Part shown: piece by piece, positions 9,322-18,186 of the stretch
Numbering within the stretch: the first letter of the stretch is position 1
Layout: the number at the start of each line of letters is the position of its first letter
Virus record (IMG/VR): IMGVR_UViG_2695420763_000013
Source: a virus
Lineage: Duplodnaviria; Heunggongvirae; Uroviricota; Caudoviricetes
DNA length: 34,806 nt
Direction: 5' to 3' (one strand)
Position numbers and translations under genes: made by a program
The notes under the pieces: generated by a model
The model's database searches: none
What the model was told of the DNA's origin: nothing
The model's input: the letters and a program-made list of their open reading frames with translations, nothing else

Positions 9322-9741
9322 ATGGACAGATACTTCTATTCACAAAAAGAAAATGGTTTTTTTACCGATTTAAATAAAGCACCTTCAGATGCTGTTGAGA
9401 TAACCACGGATGAATGGCTATCACTACTGGATGGTCAGGATAATGGCATGAAAATAGTCAGCAATCAGGAGGGATATCCGGTTTTGACAGAGCAACCACC
9501 TTTATCAAAAGAAAACCTTATTGCATTGGTAGAGTTGAAAAAAGGAAAACTTATTAATGAAGCCAACGAGCACATGAACAGCAGGCAATGGCCTGGTAAA
9601 GCGGCTATTGGTCGTCTGAAAGGTGAGGAACTGGCGCAATATAATTTGTGGCTGGATTATCTGGACGCACTGGAGCTGGTCGATACTTCCAGTGCGCCAG
9701 ATATTGAATGGCCTACGCCTCCGGCAGTTCAGGCCAGATGA
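9322..9741 (+). CDS. Tail fibre assembly chaperone (Tfa family), copy of 11646..12065
   Basis: 139 aa with a Tfa-type C-terminus (WLDYLDALELVDTSSAPDIEWPTPP); identical to the chaperone immediately downstream of H. Confidence 0.7.
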   Translation: MDRYFYSQKENGFFTDLNKAPSDAVEITTDEWLSLLDGQDNGMKIVSNQEGYPVLTEQPPLSKENLIALVELKKGKLINEANEHMNSRQWPGKAAIGRLKGEELAQYNLWLDYLDALELVDTSSAPDIEWPTPPAVQAR

Positions 9742-10315
9742 TATCCGGCGCGGTGCTGGTATCTGTTACCGTCACCGCGTCAATGTAATCCAGCACGGCG
9801 TTAAGTCGGGTTGTTTCTGCCTGCGTCAACTTCCGTCCGGCCTGCAATTTCAGTTGAATCAGACTAATGGAAGCCATTGCAGTATCAATCAGTGACTGAC
9901 GTTGTGCTTCTGCCGCGTCTACTGCGGCGCTATGCTGTGCCTCGGTATCCGTCACCCATTTCTCACCATCCCATTTATCGTATGGCGTTAACGGGGCGAT
10001 AGTGGTTGTATTATCAGGGTAATCACCCGGAACTGTGATTTCTTTTGATTCTCCTGTTTCGGTGCTAAAGACGATTTCACCGCGATGGTCTGGCACATAT
10101 TCCCATGAGTTAAAATCTGCAGATCGGCAGATTGCATAACCAGCTTTGTATGCGCCTGGGGCATCTAAACAGGAATATGCCGGAATGCCGACACCAATAG
10201 CAAGATATTCAGTTGAAGCTGAAATATATTCCCGACTCATGACATCAAAGTTATAAACAGTAATTTCTCCTGCCATAGTGGCAATTAATTCACTGTTTAA
10301 TTCTGCGTTATTCAT
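9713..10315 (-). CDS. Tail fibre assembly chaperone (Tfa family), copy of 11072..11674
   Basis: 200 aa with a Tfa-type C-terminus (LDYIDAVTVTDTSTAPDIIWPELP); identical to the plus-strand copy. Confidence 0.7.
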   Translation of the reverse strand: MNNAELNSELIATMAGEITVYNFDVMSREYISASTEYLAIGVGIPAYSCLDAPGAYKAGYAICRSADFNSWEYVPDHRGEIVFSTETGESKEITVPGDYPDNTTTIAPLTPYDKWDGEKWVTDTEAQHSAAVDAAEAQRQSLIDTAMASISLIQLKLQAGRKLTQAETTRLNAVLDYIDAVTVTDTSTAPDIIWPELPEA

Positions 10316-10576
10316 TATGCAGCCCTCACAATATAGTTAAAAGCGACATTTCGTGGGCGTGTTTCATTCGCACCAGCAGGTTTAGTCGTTGCCGCAACAA
10401 CACCACCCTCTGTAATAGCCGGGTTGGGAATTGGGTAATTATCGAAGTCAATGGCCGGAGACAGGGGCGTGATTTGTTTTAAAATCGTGGTGCCTGTAAA
10501 ACTTTCCAGAGTCTGGTCGTTAGTTCGTGAAGTCCAGATTCCCCAATAGTGGTTATGACTGACAATCGCACCGTCC
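10315..10576 (-). pseudogene. Truncated copy of tail-fibre cassette B C-terminus (lacks N-terminal part and crossover site)
   Basis: Exact reverse complement of 10811..11072; the repeat identity ends at 10576, so this copy has no in-frame crossover core or start. Confidence 0.5.
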
Positions 10577-10578
10577 TA

Positions 10579-10593
10579 TTGGTTTGGGAGAAG
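10579..10593 (+). other. Putative invertase crossover-site core, copy 2
   Basis: TTGGTTTGGGAGAAG at the start of cassette B, 2 bp after the end of the left repeat arm. Confidence 0.55.
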
Positions 10594-11072
10594 GCTCTGC
10601 ATTACCTGTTGGTGTCCCTGTTCCGTGGCCTTCAGCCACTCCGCCGACAGGCTGGATGAAATGCAACGGTGCGGCTTTTTCTGCTGAAGAATACCCGGAA
10701 CTGGCAAAGGCTTACCCGACAAATAAATTGCCTGATTTACGCGGTGAGTTTATTCGTGGCTGGGATGACGGACGTGGAGTGGATAACGGAAGGGGATTAT
10801 TAACGCTTCAGGACGGTGCGATTGTCAGTCATAACCACTATTGGGGAATCTGGACTTCACGAACTAACGACCAGACTCTGGAAAGTTTTACAGGCACCAC
10901 GATTTTAAAACAAATCACGCCCCTGTCTCCGGCCATTGACTTCGATAATTACCCAATTCCCAACCCGGCTATTACAGAGGGTGGTGTTGTTGCGGCAACG
11001 ACTAAACCTGCTGGTGCGAATGAAACACGCCCACGAAATGTCGCTTTTAACTATATTGTGAGGGCTGCATAA
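10581..11072 (+). CDS. Alternative tail-fibre C-terminal cassette B (receptor-binding tip), promoterless in this orientation
   Basis: Begins in frame inside the crossover core (GLGEGSALPVGVPVPWP...). The pattern GW-KCNGA, LPDLRGEFIRGWDDGRG and C-terminal RP-NVAFNYI is typical of Mu S/P1 S-type variable tail-fibre tips. The ORF-track start at 10584 is a TTG. Confidence 0.6.
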   Translation, partial: GLGEGSALPVGVPVPWPSATPPTGWMKCNGAAFSAEEYPELAKAYPTNKLPDLRGEFIRGWDDGRGVDNGRGLLTLQDGAIVSHNHYWGIWTSRTNDQTLESFTGTTILKQITPLSPAIDFDNYPIPNPAITEGGVVAATTKPAGANETRPRNVAFNYIVRAA

Positions 11073-11674
11073 TGAATAACGCAGAATTAAACAGTGAATT
11101 AATTGCCACTATGGCAGGAGAAATTACTGTTTATAACTTTGATGTCATGAGTCGGGAATATATTTCAGCTTCAACTGAATATCTTGCTATTGGTGTCGGC
11201 ATTCCGGCATATTCCTGTTTAGATGCCCCAGGCGCATACAAAGCTGGTTATGCAATCTGCCGATCTGCAGATTTTAACTCATGGGAATATGTGCCAGACC
11301 ATCGCGGTGAAATCGTCTTTAGCACCGAAACAGGAGAATCAAAAGAAATCACAGTTCCGGGTGATTACCCTGATAATACAACCACTATCGCCCCGTTAAC
11401 GCCATACGATAAATGGGATGGTGAGAAATGGGTGACGGATACCGAGGCACAGCATAGCGCCGCAGTAGACGCGGCAGAAGCACAACGTCAGTCACTGATT
11501 GATACTGCAATGGCTTCCATTAGTCTGATTCAACTGAAATTGCAGGCCGGACGGAAGTTGACGCAGGCAGAAACAACCCGACTTAACGCCGTGCTGGATT
11601 ACATTGACGCGGTGACGGTAACAGATACCAGCACCGCGCCGGATATCATCTGGCCTGAACTGCCGGAGGCGTAG
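11072..11674 (+). CDS. Tail fibre assembly chaperone for cassette B (Tfa family)
   Basis: 200 aa; ATG overlaps the cassette B stop; Tfa-type C-terminus. Confidence 0.75.
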   Translation: MNNAELNSELIATMAGEITVYNFDVMSREYISASTEYLAIGVGIPAYSCLDAPGAYKAGYAICRSADFNSWEYVPDHRGEIVFSTETGESKEITVPGDYPDNTTTIAPLTPYDKWDGEKWVTDTEAQHSAAVDAAEAQRQSLIDTAMASISLIQLKLQAGRKLTQAETTRLNAVLDYIDAVTVTDTSTAPDIIWPELPEA

Positions 11675-12065
11675 GCCATTCAATATCTGGCGCACTGGAA
11701 GTATCGACCAGCTCCAGTGCGTCCAGATAATCCAGCCACAAATTATATTGCGCCAGTTCCTCACCTTTCAGACGACCAATAGCCGCTTTACCAGGCCATT
11801 GCCTGCTGTTCATGTGCTCGTTGGCTTCATTAATAAGTTTTCCTTTTTTCAACTCTACCAATGCAATAAGGTTTTCTTTTGATAAAGGTGGTTGCTCTGT
11901 CAAAACCGGATATCCCTCCTGATTGCTGACTATTTTCATGCCATTATCCTGACCATCCAGTAGTGATAGCCATTCATCCGTGGTTATCTCAACAGCATCT
12001 GAAGGTGCTTTATTTAAATCGGTAAAAAAACCATTTTCTTTTTGTGAATAGAAGTATCTGTCCAT
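11646..12065 (-). CDS. Tail fibre assembly chaperone for the current H variant (P2 G-like)
   Basis: 139 aa directly downstream of H on the same strand; Tfa-type C-terminus. Confidence 0.75.
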   Translation of the reverse strand: MDRYFYSQKENGFFTDLNKAPSDAVEITTDEWLSLLDGQDNGMKIVSNQEGYPVLTEQPPLSKENLIALVELKKGKLINEANEHMNSRQWPGKAAIGRLKGEELAQYNLWLDYLDALELVDTSSAPDIEWPTPPAVQAR

Positions 12066-12068
12066 TTA

Positions 12069-13256
12069 TCAATCTCCAAAAGCAATCCAGTAAGCAAAAG
12101 GATTTATTCCTTGCTCAGTCACAGATGACATCAGGGAAAATTGCGATGGTGAAACAGGTAATGCTGCAAAACTAACCATTGTTGACACACCTGACCGTGC
12201 ATTATCGTACGATGCAACAACACAATAATTGGTATTGCTGAAAGATATCGGCAGGGTGATATTTACAGGTGAGCCTAATGGCCCTGATGCTGATATTCCC
12301 ATTTGAATGATGGTTCCATCAGGCAATTTTCTCCAGCGATTAGAACTCGGATTTCTTTTCCAGGCTGACATATCCGGTATCTGATTTTCTCCTGTACCCA
12401 CATCCCTTTTCGCCGCTTCTCCCAAACCAAGGTATGCGAGAAGACCAGCTACATCCTTTCCACTCAAATGAGTCAGCGTCTCATCCAGTGGCTGCTTACC
12501 TGACAGCGCATTGTTAATGGTGGCGCTGAATTTCGGGTCATTGTTAATGGCTGCGGCAATTTCTTTCAGTGTGTCCAGCGTGGCTGGCGCGCCGTTAATC
12601 AGAGCGGTAATAGCAGCCTGTACAAACGCAGTGGTCGCAATCCGCGTGGTGTTATTTCCTGCATCAGGCGTCGGCGCTTTTGGTTCTCCGGTAAATGTCG
12701 GATTATGTTTCTGTGCATACTGGGTATGAGGATCCTGTGCGGCAATGTGGTTTCTCATCTGGTCATCCACATACAGCCTTAATTCCAGGACTTCATCATC
12801 CACGTATTTACGGGTCGCCAGTACCACCGACGGGTCGATTTTCAGCGTGATGGCTTCGGTATTCGTGACAACCAGAATCATGCGGATAGTCTGGGTACGA
12901 CCACTGCCTTCCTGTAACTGCGGTTTGTACGTTTCCGGGCAGTTCGCCACCGCAATGAGTACGCCTTCATCATCATAAAGCCCAATCTCACGGATCCAGA
13001 ATCCGCCCTCGTTCTCAGGGATGATTTGCTCCGCAATAATCTGGCTCTGGTTATTCGGGTCAACACTCAGAAGATTCAGCGGCGCGATGCGTTTCTGGTT
13101 AATAAGTTTTGTCTGTGCCGGGTCTGGTGTCGGCAAGACACCATTTGCATCACCAACGGCCATTTGCGTCAGATTCAGCTTACTGCCGAGCATCGTCGCG
13201 TTAGCCAGCCGTGCCGCGCCCTGATTAGTCAGAATGGCGTAGTATTTCACTGTCAT
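12069..13256 (-). CDS. H: Tail fibre protein H (constant N-terminal part fused to variable cassette A)
   Basis: 395 aa. The N-terminus resembles P2 gpH (MAVGD...GGFW.RE.GLYDD.G.LIAVAN....YKP...EGSGR). The C-terminal ~120 aa begins at the inverted crossover core 12416..12430. Confidence 0.85.
   Translation of the reverse strand: MTVKYYAILTNQGAARLANATMLGSKLNLTQMAVGDANGVLPTPDPAQTKLINQKRIAPLNLLSVDPNNQSQIIAEQIIPENEGGFWIREIGLYDDEGVLIAVANCPETYKPQLQEGSGRTQTIRMILVVTNTEAITLKIDPSVVLATRKYVDDEVLELRLYVDDQMRNHIAAQDPHTQYAQKHNPTFTGEPKAPTPDAGNNTTRIATTAFVQAAITALINGAPATLDTLKEIAAAINNDPKFSATINNALSGKQPLDETLTHLSGKDVAGLLAYLGLGEAAKRDVGTGENQIPDMSAWKRNPSSNRWRKLPDGTIIQMGISASGPLGSPVNITLPISFSNTNYCVVASYDNARSGVSTMVSFAALPVSPSQFSLMSSVTEQGINPFAYWIAFGD
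12416..12430 (-). other. Putative invertase crossover-site core, copy 3 (inverted, inside H)
   Basis: Reverse complement of TTGGTTTGGGAGAAG; encodes G-L-G-E in H. Confidence 0.55.
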
Positions 13257-13864
13257 GCGTTTACTCTCAGGTTATCAATTAAATGAATGGCCGAGGCCGG
13301 GAAATAATCCCCTCCGACAATAATGGCCTCCGGGGTGTAGGGATAAACCGTCAGGGCGTCGCCGTGATAGCATCCCGCACCGGCAAAAATGTTGCCGGTT
13401 GTACTTAAACTGATAGCCAGTCCCGTCAGATGGCGGCTTGCAGGTTTTGCATCAGCAACGAGACGCTCCAGCTCCTGATACATTTCCTCGGTAATACCCT
13501 GCTCAAGCACGCCAACAACGATGCGGAACGTCCCCGGCTCCTCGTTGAGCTGCCACCACTCCCTCACCTCAATCAGATAGCCGAGCGGCTCCACCACACG
13601 GCGAATCGCACCAATAGTGCCCTTATGGCAGTGAATGAAATACGCATCGCGGATAACAGCGCGTTTTGTCGCTTCCGGCCACTTATCATCCCAGCGGTCA
13701 ACCGAAAATGACCACGCCAGCCACGGCAGCAGATTTGCCGGGCAGGTGTCCGGGTTCCACAGCTCACGAATACTGACCGGCGTTTTTTCAATTTCCGCAC
13801 AGGCTTTTGCGGCGGCAACTTCAAGCGGTGATGAGCCGGTCGGCAGCAGGCGCGAATCACTCAT
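13253..13864 (-). CDS. I: Baseplate protein I
   Basis: 203 aa between J and H; overlaps both neighbours by a few nt. Confidence 0.75.
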   Translation of the reverse strand: MSDSRLLPTGSSPLEVAAAKACAEIEKTPVSIRELWNPDTCPANLLPWLAWSFSVDRWDDKWPEATKRAVIRDAYFIHCHKGTIGAIRRVVEPLGYLIEVREWWQLNEEPGTFRIVVGVLEQGITEEMYQELERLVADAKPASRHLTGLAISLSTTGNIFAGAGCYHGDALTVYPYTPEAIIVGGDYFPASAIHLIDNLRVNA

Positions 13865-14765
13865 CCGAGCCTCCGGTCACGACGCTGTATTCGGTGCAGA
13901 AAGACGCCTGCGTACTGTTGAGCACAATGTCAGCCAGAGGTGCGGCCAGCTCGACACGCTGCACGCCTTCCACATGCAACGCGGCATAAATGGCAGACAG
14001 ACGGATGTCGCGCCCCAGCCGGTGCTGTGCCGTGATATACGCTTCCAGCTTTTTCACGGCAGCAGCGCGGATGGGTTCGCTTTCGGGACCAGGGTAAAGG
14101 TAAAGCGTGGCGTTTATCTGGTATTCAACGATGGCGGCAGACTGCACGGTCACGCGGTCGGCCACCGGCCTGACGTCCTCGCCATTAAGGGCGTTACGCA
14201 CCACGGCCAGCAGGTCTTCGGATGCGACGCCGTTATTTTCACGTGACAGCACAGAGATAGTGACGCAGGCCGGAGACGGACTGGTGACAGAGATATCCGC
14301 GACACGCCCGTCGGCACTGCGACCATGATACTGATAGGCTCCCACCGACCCGGCGACGCTTAAGCCCTCAAACGCCTGCTGAATACGCAGACGATAATCG
14401 GTGTCAGACTCCATCACTGCCGGTGTCGGCGGGATGGTCGAATCATCTGCCGGGGTGATAATCAGGCGCGTGGTGTTGTAATTGGCACCAATCACATCAA
14501 GGTCATTACCGGCGGCACAGGCCAGCATTACCGCCCGTGCGGCCTCATTCACACGCTGACGCCAGATAAGCTCACGATAAGCATTTTCCTCCAGCAGTTT
14601 GACGAGAGGCTCGGATTCCAGCGTCAGGGTACGGGCAACCGCCTCCTGCTGGTCTTCCGGGTAAAGGGAAATCAGTGTCGCCTTGCGTTCGGCAAGAATG
14701 GTTTCAAAGTCCAGCTCCTCGACCACATCCGGTGCGGGTAGCTGGTTCAGGTCGATAATCGGCAT
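13857..14765 (-). CDS. J: Baseplate wedge protein J
   Basis: 302 aa, the P2 gpJ length; conserved position. Confidence 0.85.
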   Translation of the reverse strand: MPIIDLNQLPAPDVVEELDFETILAERKATLISLYPEDQQEAVARTLTLESEPLVKLLEENAYRELIWRQRVNEAARAVMLACAAGNDLDVIGANYNTTRLIITPADDSTIPPTPAVMESDTDYRLRIQQAFEGLSVAGSVGAYQYHGRSADGRVADISVTSPSPACVTISVLSRENNGVASEDLLAVVRNALNGEDVRPVADRVTVQSAAIVEYQINATLYLYPGPESEPIRAAAVKKLEAYITAQHRLGRDIRLSAIYAALHVEGVQRVELAAPLADIVLNSTQASFCTEYSVVTGGSDE

Positions 14766-14769
14766 GGTT

Positions 14770-15117
14770 TCAACTCACAGGGATGGTTAACGAAAGTGGC
14801 TGGCCGGTGTCGTTGTGCTGGCCGGTTAACGTGACCGTCATTCGCCCGTCAAAACTGCGCTCAGTGGTGACGGATGACAGGGTGACGCGGGGTTCCCATT
14901 TCAGCACCGCCATGTAACAGGCGACCTTAATCTGCAACTCAAGCGCCGGGGTCTGCGGCTGGTCAATCATTGACGCCAGCAATGAGCCGTAATCACGACG
15001 CATCACCCGTGAGCCGACCGGCGTGCGCAGGATATCGCCGATACTCTGGCTGATATGCTCAAGGTCAGTGACAGTCAGGCCATCACTGCGATTCATTCCA
15101 AGATAACGCGCTGTCAT
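14770..15117 (-). CDS. W: Baseplate protein W
   Basis: 115 aa, the P2 gpW length. Confidence 0.8.
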   Translation of the reverse strand: MTARYLGMNRSDGLTVTDLEHISQSIGDILRTPVGSRVMRRDYGSLLASMIDQPQTPALELQIKVACYMAVLKWEPRVTLSSVTTERSFDGRMTVTLTGQHNDTGQPLSLTIPVS

Positions 15118-15749
15118 AGAGGACTCCCGGTTGTGCCGCCGCTGTCGCCGGGGTGTTTATGGGTATGCAGTACCTTACCGTTTGATGAGAGTTCACCGCC
15201 GGTATGTTTAATGTTGCCGCGCATCGTCCCGCCCTTCTGCACTTCCAGCGTGCCGGTAATCAGTCTGTTGGTGCAGACCACCTCCGGGGTGTCCAGGGTG
15301 ATGCGGGTTGACGCTTTCACCATGACCACCGGCACCGTGGCAGTAACAGAATCAGAAGCCGTCACGCTGGCCGTTTTAATTCCGCTTACCGTGAGTGCAC
15401 TGGTTTCGGGTTCATACTCAATCACCGCCCCGTCAGGGAAACGGATATGCAGGGCATCCGCCGACGCAGACGGCGCGGGGTTATCGCCGGAATAAATCCC
15501 CGGCAGAACGAACGCCGTGTCGAGTTCACCGCCCACGGCCAGAATCAGCACCTGTTCCCCCACGGAAGGTGCCCACCATGTGCGCGAACGTCCGGCGCGA
15601 TGGGTCAGCCACTGAAGCCAGTCGGTGCACATGCCGCCGGTCTGCACACGGCAGCGACCGGCGTTAAGGTCGGTTTCGACGATAATGCCGGTGCGGATCA
15701 TGTTGCGCAGTGCGCGCGCGAGTTCCTGAATATTTGCGAGAGTGTTCAT
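15114..15749 (-). CDS. V: Baseplate spike/hub protein V
   Basis: 211 aa, the P2 gpV length; 4-nt overlap with W. Confidence 0.85.
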   Translation of the reverse strand: MNTLANIQELARALRNMIRTGIIVETDLNAGRCRVQTGGMCTDWLQWLTHRAGRSRTWWAPSVGEQVLILAVGGELDTAFVLPGIYSGDNPAPSASADALHIRFPDGAVIEYEPETSALTVSGIKTASVTASDSVTATVPVVMVKASTRITLDTPEVVCTNRLITGTLEVQKGGTMRGNIKHTGGELSSNGKVLHTHKHPGDSGGTTGSPL

Positions 15750-15815
15750 AACGGGAAGGATGCCGCCGGGTCATACCGGCGGCAATGTGCCGATGAGGTG
15801 TCGGGAATGGCACAA

Positions 15816-16268
15816 CTAACGGTCGAGGTGAGCCAGGATAATCTCTTCAATCATCTGCACATCCTCACCGGTAAAGCCGAGCAGAGGACGCGCCGGATAA
15901 TCAATTTTCTTACCGTCTTTCCGGTTTTCTTCCGACAGACCGAACTGATGCACACTGGCGATTTTCGGCGACTTCCCGCCGTAAAACTCCATTGATGCCT
16001 GCTCCGGGCTGGCGCGGATATGCAAAAAACGACTGGTGATAAGTTTCGCAAACATTTTTCGCTTAACGCGACCGGTCTTTTTTCTGGCGCTCTGCTGCTG
16101 GCGTGGTGCGTAGGGTGTGCCGTCCGGGGCTTTCTGTGCCATCACCCGGCGCTGCTGACTCTGACGCAGACGTTTCGCCAGTTCGGCGCTCAGTCGCCGA
16201 CGCCCTGACGGTGACAGCGACTCAATCAGTCCGGTCAGCCGGTCTTCAAAACGCTTAAACTCATTCAT
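15816..16268 (-). CDS. S: Tail completion protein S
   Basis: 150 aa, the P2 gpS length; follows R. Confidence 0.8.
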   Translation of the reverse strand: MNEFKRFEDRLTGLIESLSPSGRRRLSAELAKRLRQSQQRRVMAQKAPDGTPYAPRQQQSARKKTGRVKRKMFAKLITSRFLHIRASPEQASMEFYGGKSPKIASVHQFGLSEENRKDGKKIDYPARPLLGFTGEDVQMIEEIILAHLDR

Positions 16269-16728
16269 CCCACTTACTCACCAGTTCACCATTGATATAA
16301 AGCTCCATCGGGCGGGTGACCGGCTCCGGCGGCGGGGGTTCCGGGATATTCTTCACATGCAGCGCGCCGTCCACCTCACTGACCAGCGTGCGCTCGGTCA
16401 GCATCAGGCTGATGCTGATATCAAAGCTGCTGTCATTGTTGATGTCCGCATAAAACGTGAAGCCCTTTTTCTGGCCTGCGTCGGTGGTCATGATGTCGGG
16501 CTGATTTTCCCGCAGCCACGCCAGCACCGGCACGATGAGCAGGTCAAAATCACCGGTAAAGTCGGTCACAATCACATTGAGCGTGTAACGCTTTTCGAAT
16601 GACAGCGACGTCGCCAGTGTGGAGGCAATACTCCCGTTATCCACGAATATCCGCAACATATCGGGGTTAGTTTTCAGCACCGTGACGGCATCAGTCAGCG
16701 CCCTGCGCAGGCTGTCGGGTTTGAGCAT
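16261..16728 (-). CDS. R: Tail completion protein R
   Basis: 155 aa, the P2 gpR length. Confidence 0.8.
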   Translation of the reverse strand: MLKPDSLRRALTDAVTVLKTNPDMLRIFVDNGSIASTLATSLSFEKRYTLNVIVTDFTGDFDLLIVPVLAWLRENQPDIMTTDAGQKKGFTFYADINNDSSFDISISLMLTERTLVSEVDGALHVKNIPEPPPPEPVTRPMELYINGELVSKWDE

Positions 16729-16981
16729 CGTTTTCGTCCTGACAGTGTTTAATCATTTTTACCTGGCTGGCACAGCGTGCCAGCGCGTTCTCAAGCTGCC
16801 GGATATCGGCACTTAAATCGCCGTTCGTCTGCGGGTCACTGCCCGGCATCGGGCAAAGGCTCACTTTCGGGCAGGCGTTGGCGACAATCACTGGCGTCAG
16901 TGCAGGCGGGGCGCTGGTGCAACCGGCGCACAGCATCAGGCAGGTCAGCACCGTACCAGCGGCGAAAATCTTCGTTTTCAT
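16691..16981 (-). CDS. lysC: LysC, outer-membrane lipoprotein spanin (Rz1-like), embedded in lysB
   Basis: 96-aa product from the internal ATG at 16979..16981 (MKTKIFAAGTVLTCLMLCAGC), with a signal peptide and LCAGC lipobox; +1 frame inside lysB. The 166-aa ORF-track version is an upstream extension. Confidence 0.65.
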   Translation of the reverse strand: MKTKIFAAGTVLTCLMLCAGCTSAPPALTPVIVANACPKVSLCPMPGSDPQTNGDLSADIRQLENALARCASQVKMIKHCQDENDAQTRQPAQGAD

Positions 16982-17261
16982 TAAGTAACCTCGTGATGGT
17001 TTTCTCGCGCTGTGCTTCACGCTTCGCGGCGTTCTCCAGTTCCTGACGCAGTGCCACCTGCGCCAGCTCGTTTTTGTCTGCCCTGGTGATGGCAACATGA
17101 AGCTGATTTTGCAGCATGGTGATGGTCGTCTGCTGCCCGCTGGCGACGTTGTTCGCCCTGTCCAGCGAGGCGCGCAGGCTGGCGTTTTCATGCTTCACCA
17201 GAAACAGCCCCGCCACCGCCAGCGATAACAGCACAACCATCACAATCATCAGCTTTGACAT
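16836..17261 (-). CDS. lysB: LysB, inner-membrane spanin (Rz-like)
   Basis: 141 aa, the P2 LysB length; N-terminal transmembrane helix followed by a charged coiled-coil region. Confidence 0.75.
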   Translation of the reverse strand: MSKLMIVMVVLLSLAVAGLFLVKHENASLRASLDRANNVASGQQTTITMLQNQLHVAITRADKNELAQVALRQELENAAKREAQREKTITRLLNENEDFRRWYGADLPDAVRRLHQRPACTDASDCRQRLPESEPLPDAGQ

Positions 17262-17674
17262 GGTTCCCGCCCCTCAAAACGCTGACGGCAGGCCGTACGT
17301 ATCAGCCGGAAGAACACCGACGCCACGAGATAAATCAGCGCGGTAAAAATCCACCCGGCAGCGACCAGCGAGATAAACGTCGCCACCATCACCACCAGAG
17401 CCACCGCCCGTCTGCGCCACGGCACCGGCTGCAAAAACAGCGACGTGACAATCTTCACGGCCAGCGATTCCGGCGGCAGCTCCCGCCCGTAGCGTTCCAG
17501 CACATACTCAGTGGCATACACGCCGACACCACCGGCAACCACACAGATAACCGTCGCCAGAATCGCCCAGGCGGCGACAAAACTGACGGCCACGCTCTGC
17601 GGGTAAATCAGGGACAGTGCCAGCATCAGCGCCAGCGACACGTTCAGCATCAGTGAAAGGGATAATTTCTTCAT
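17249..17674 (-). CDS. lysA: LysA, membrane protein of the lysis cassette
   Basis: 141 aa, the P2 LysA length; several predicted transmembrane segments. Confidence 0.7.
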   Translation of the reverse strand: MKKLSLSLMLNVSLALMLALSLIYPQSVAVSFVAAWAILATVICVVAGGVGVYATEYVLERYGRELPPESLAVKIVTSLFLQPVPWRRRAVALVVMVATFISLVAAGWIFTALIYLVASVFFRLIRTACRQRFEGREPCQS

Positions 17675-17688
17675 GGTGTTTACTCCGT

Positions 17689-18186
17689 TTAAGCCGGTAC
17701 GCCGCCAGCGGTACGCCAGACGGTGACCAGTTTTTCCAGTGAATGCTCACGCTGACCGTAACCGGCACCCGGCAGGGACGCCCAGATATTGCGACAGCGT
17801 GAAATGGCGCGCTCAATGCGTCCCGCCCGGATGTCATCCAGTGCACCGCGTTCGCGGATCAACTGAATGGCAAGTCTGTCCTGTGACAACGGACTGAAAT
17901 CCGGCAGGGCAAGCTGTTTGCGGTAATGCGGCCAGAACAGGTAAAGCTGCTGATAGCGACCGGAGGCCGTGGATTTTTCACCGCGACGGTTAAACACCTT
18001 CGCCGGTCGGCCATGTGCGAACGGGTGGTCACTGTAGTCGGTGAAAATTTCCGGCTTCCCGTCCAGTCCGGTGACTATCACGTTATAGCCCCGGTTTTTC
18101 GTCAGCGGATGATTCGCCGTCCCTTCGGACACGGCCAGCATGTCGAGAAAGGCGGCGATATTCTGATGTGTGCTAATTACCGGCAT
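17689..18186 (-). CDS. K: Endolysin K (lysozyme)
   Basis: 165 aa, the P2 gpK length; lies between the holin and lysA. Confidence 0.85.
   Translation of the reverse strand: MPVISTHQNIAAFLDMLAVSEGTANHPLTKNRGYNVIVTGLDGKPEIFTDYSDHPFAHGRPAKVFNRRGEKSTASGRYQQLYLFWPHYRKQLALPDFSPLSQDRLAIQLIRERGALDDIRAGRIERAISRCRNIWASLPGAGYGQREHSLEKLVTVWRTAGGVPA

Larger units (their letters stand above)
8957..10576. repeat. Left arm of a 1620-bp exact inverted duplication (partner 10811..12430)
   Basis: Coordinates mirror about a fixed sum of 21387. ORF-track proteins on the two arms are identical (133/133, 139/139, 200/200, 90/90 aa) and spot-checked nucleotide stretches are exact reverse complements. Confidence 0.8.
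10811..12430. repeat. Right arm of the 1620-bp exact inverted duplication (partner 8957..10576)
   Basis: See left arm; contains the H variable C-terminus and both chaperone genes. Confidence 0.8.

Noticed and set aside
9623-9895. 90-aa ORF (and its mirror copy 11492..11764) overlapping the junction of the two chaperone genes
   Set aside because: Antisense to the Tfa genes; Cys/Trp/Arg-rich shadow frame.
10584-10586. ORF-track start of the 162-aa tail-fibre cassette
   Set aside because: TTG inside the crossover core; the cassette is a promoterless C-terminal module that is expressed only when fused to H by inversion.
8957-12430. Possible CRISPR array or tandem-repeat locus suggested by repeated 15-mers
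   Set aside because: Only three copies, two direct and one inverted, embedded in coding sequence at tail-fibre junctions; no short regular spacers. They are recombination cores, not CRISPR repeats.
16982-17191. Upstream 70 codons of the 166-aa ORF containing lysC
   Set aside because: Arg/Pro-rich translation of the lysB antisense frame; the lipoprotein signal begins at the internal Met.
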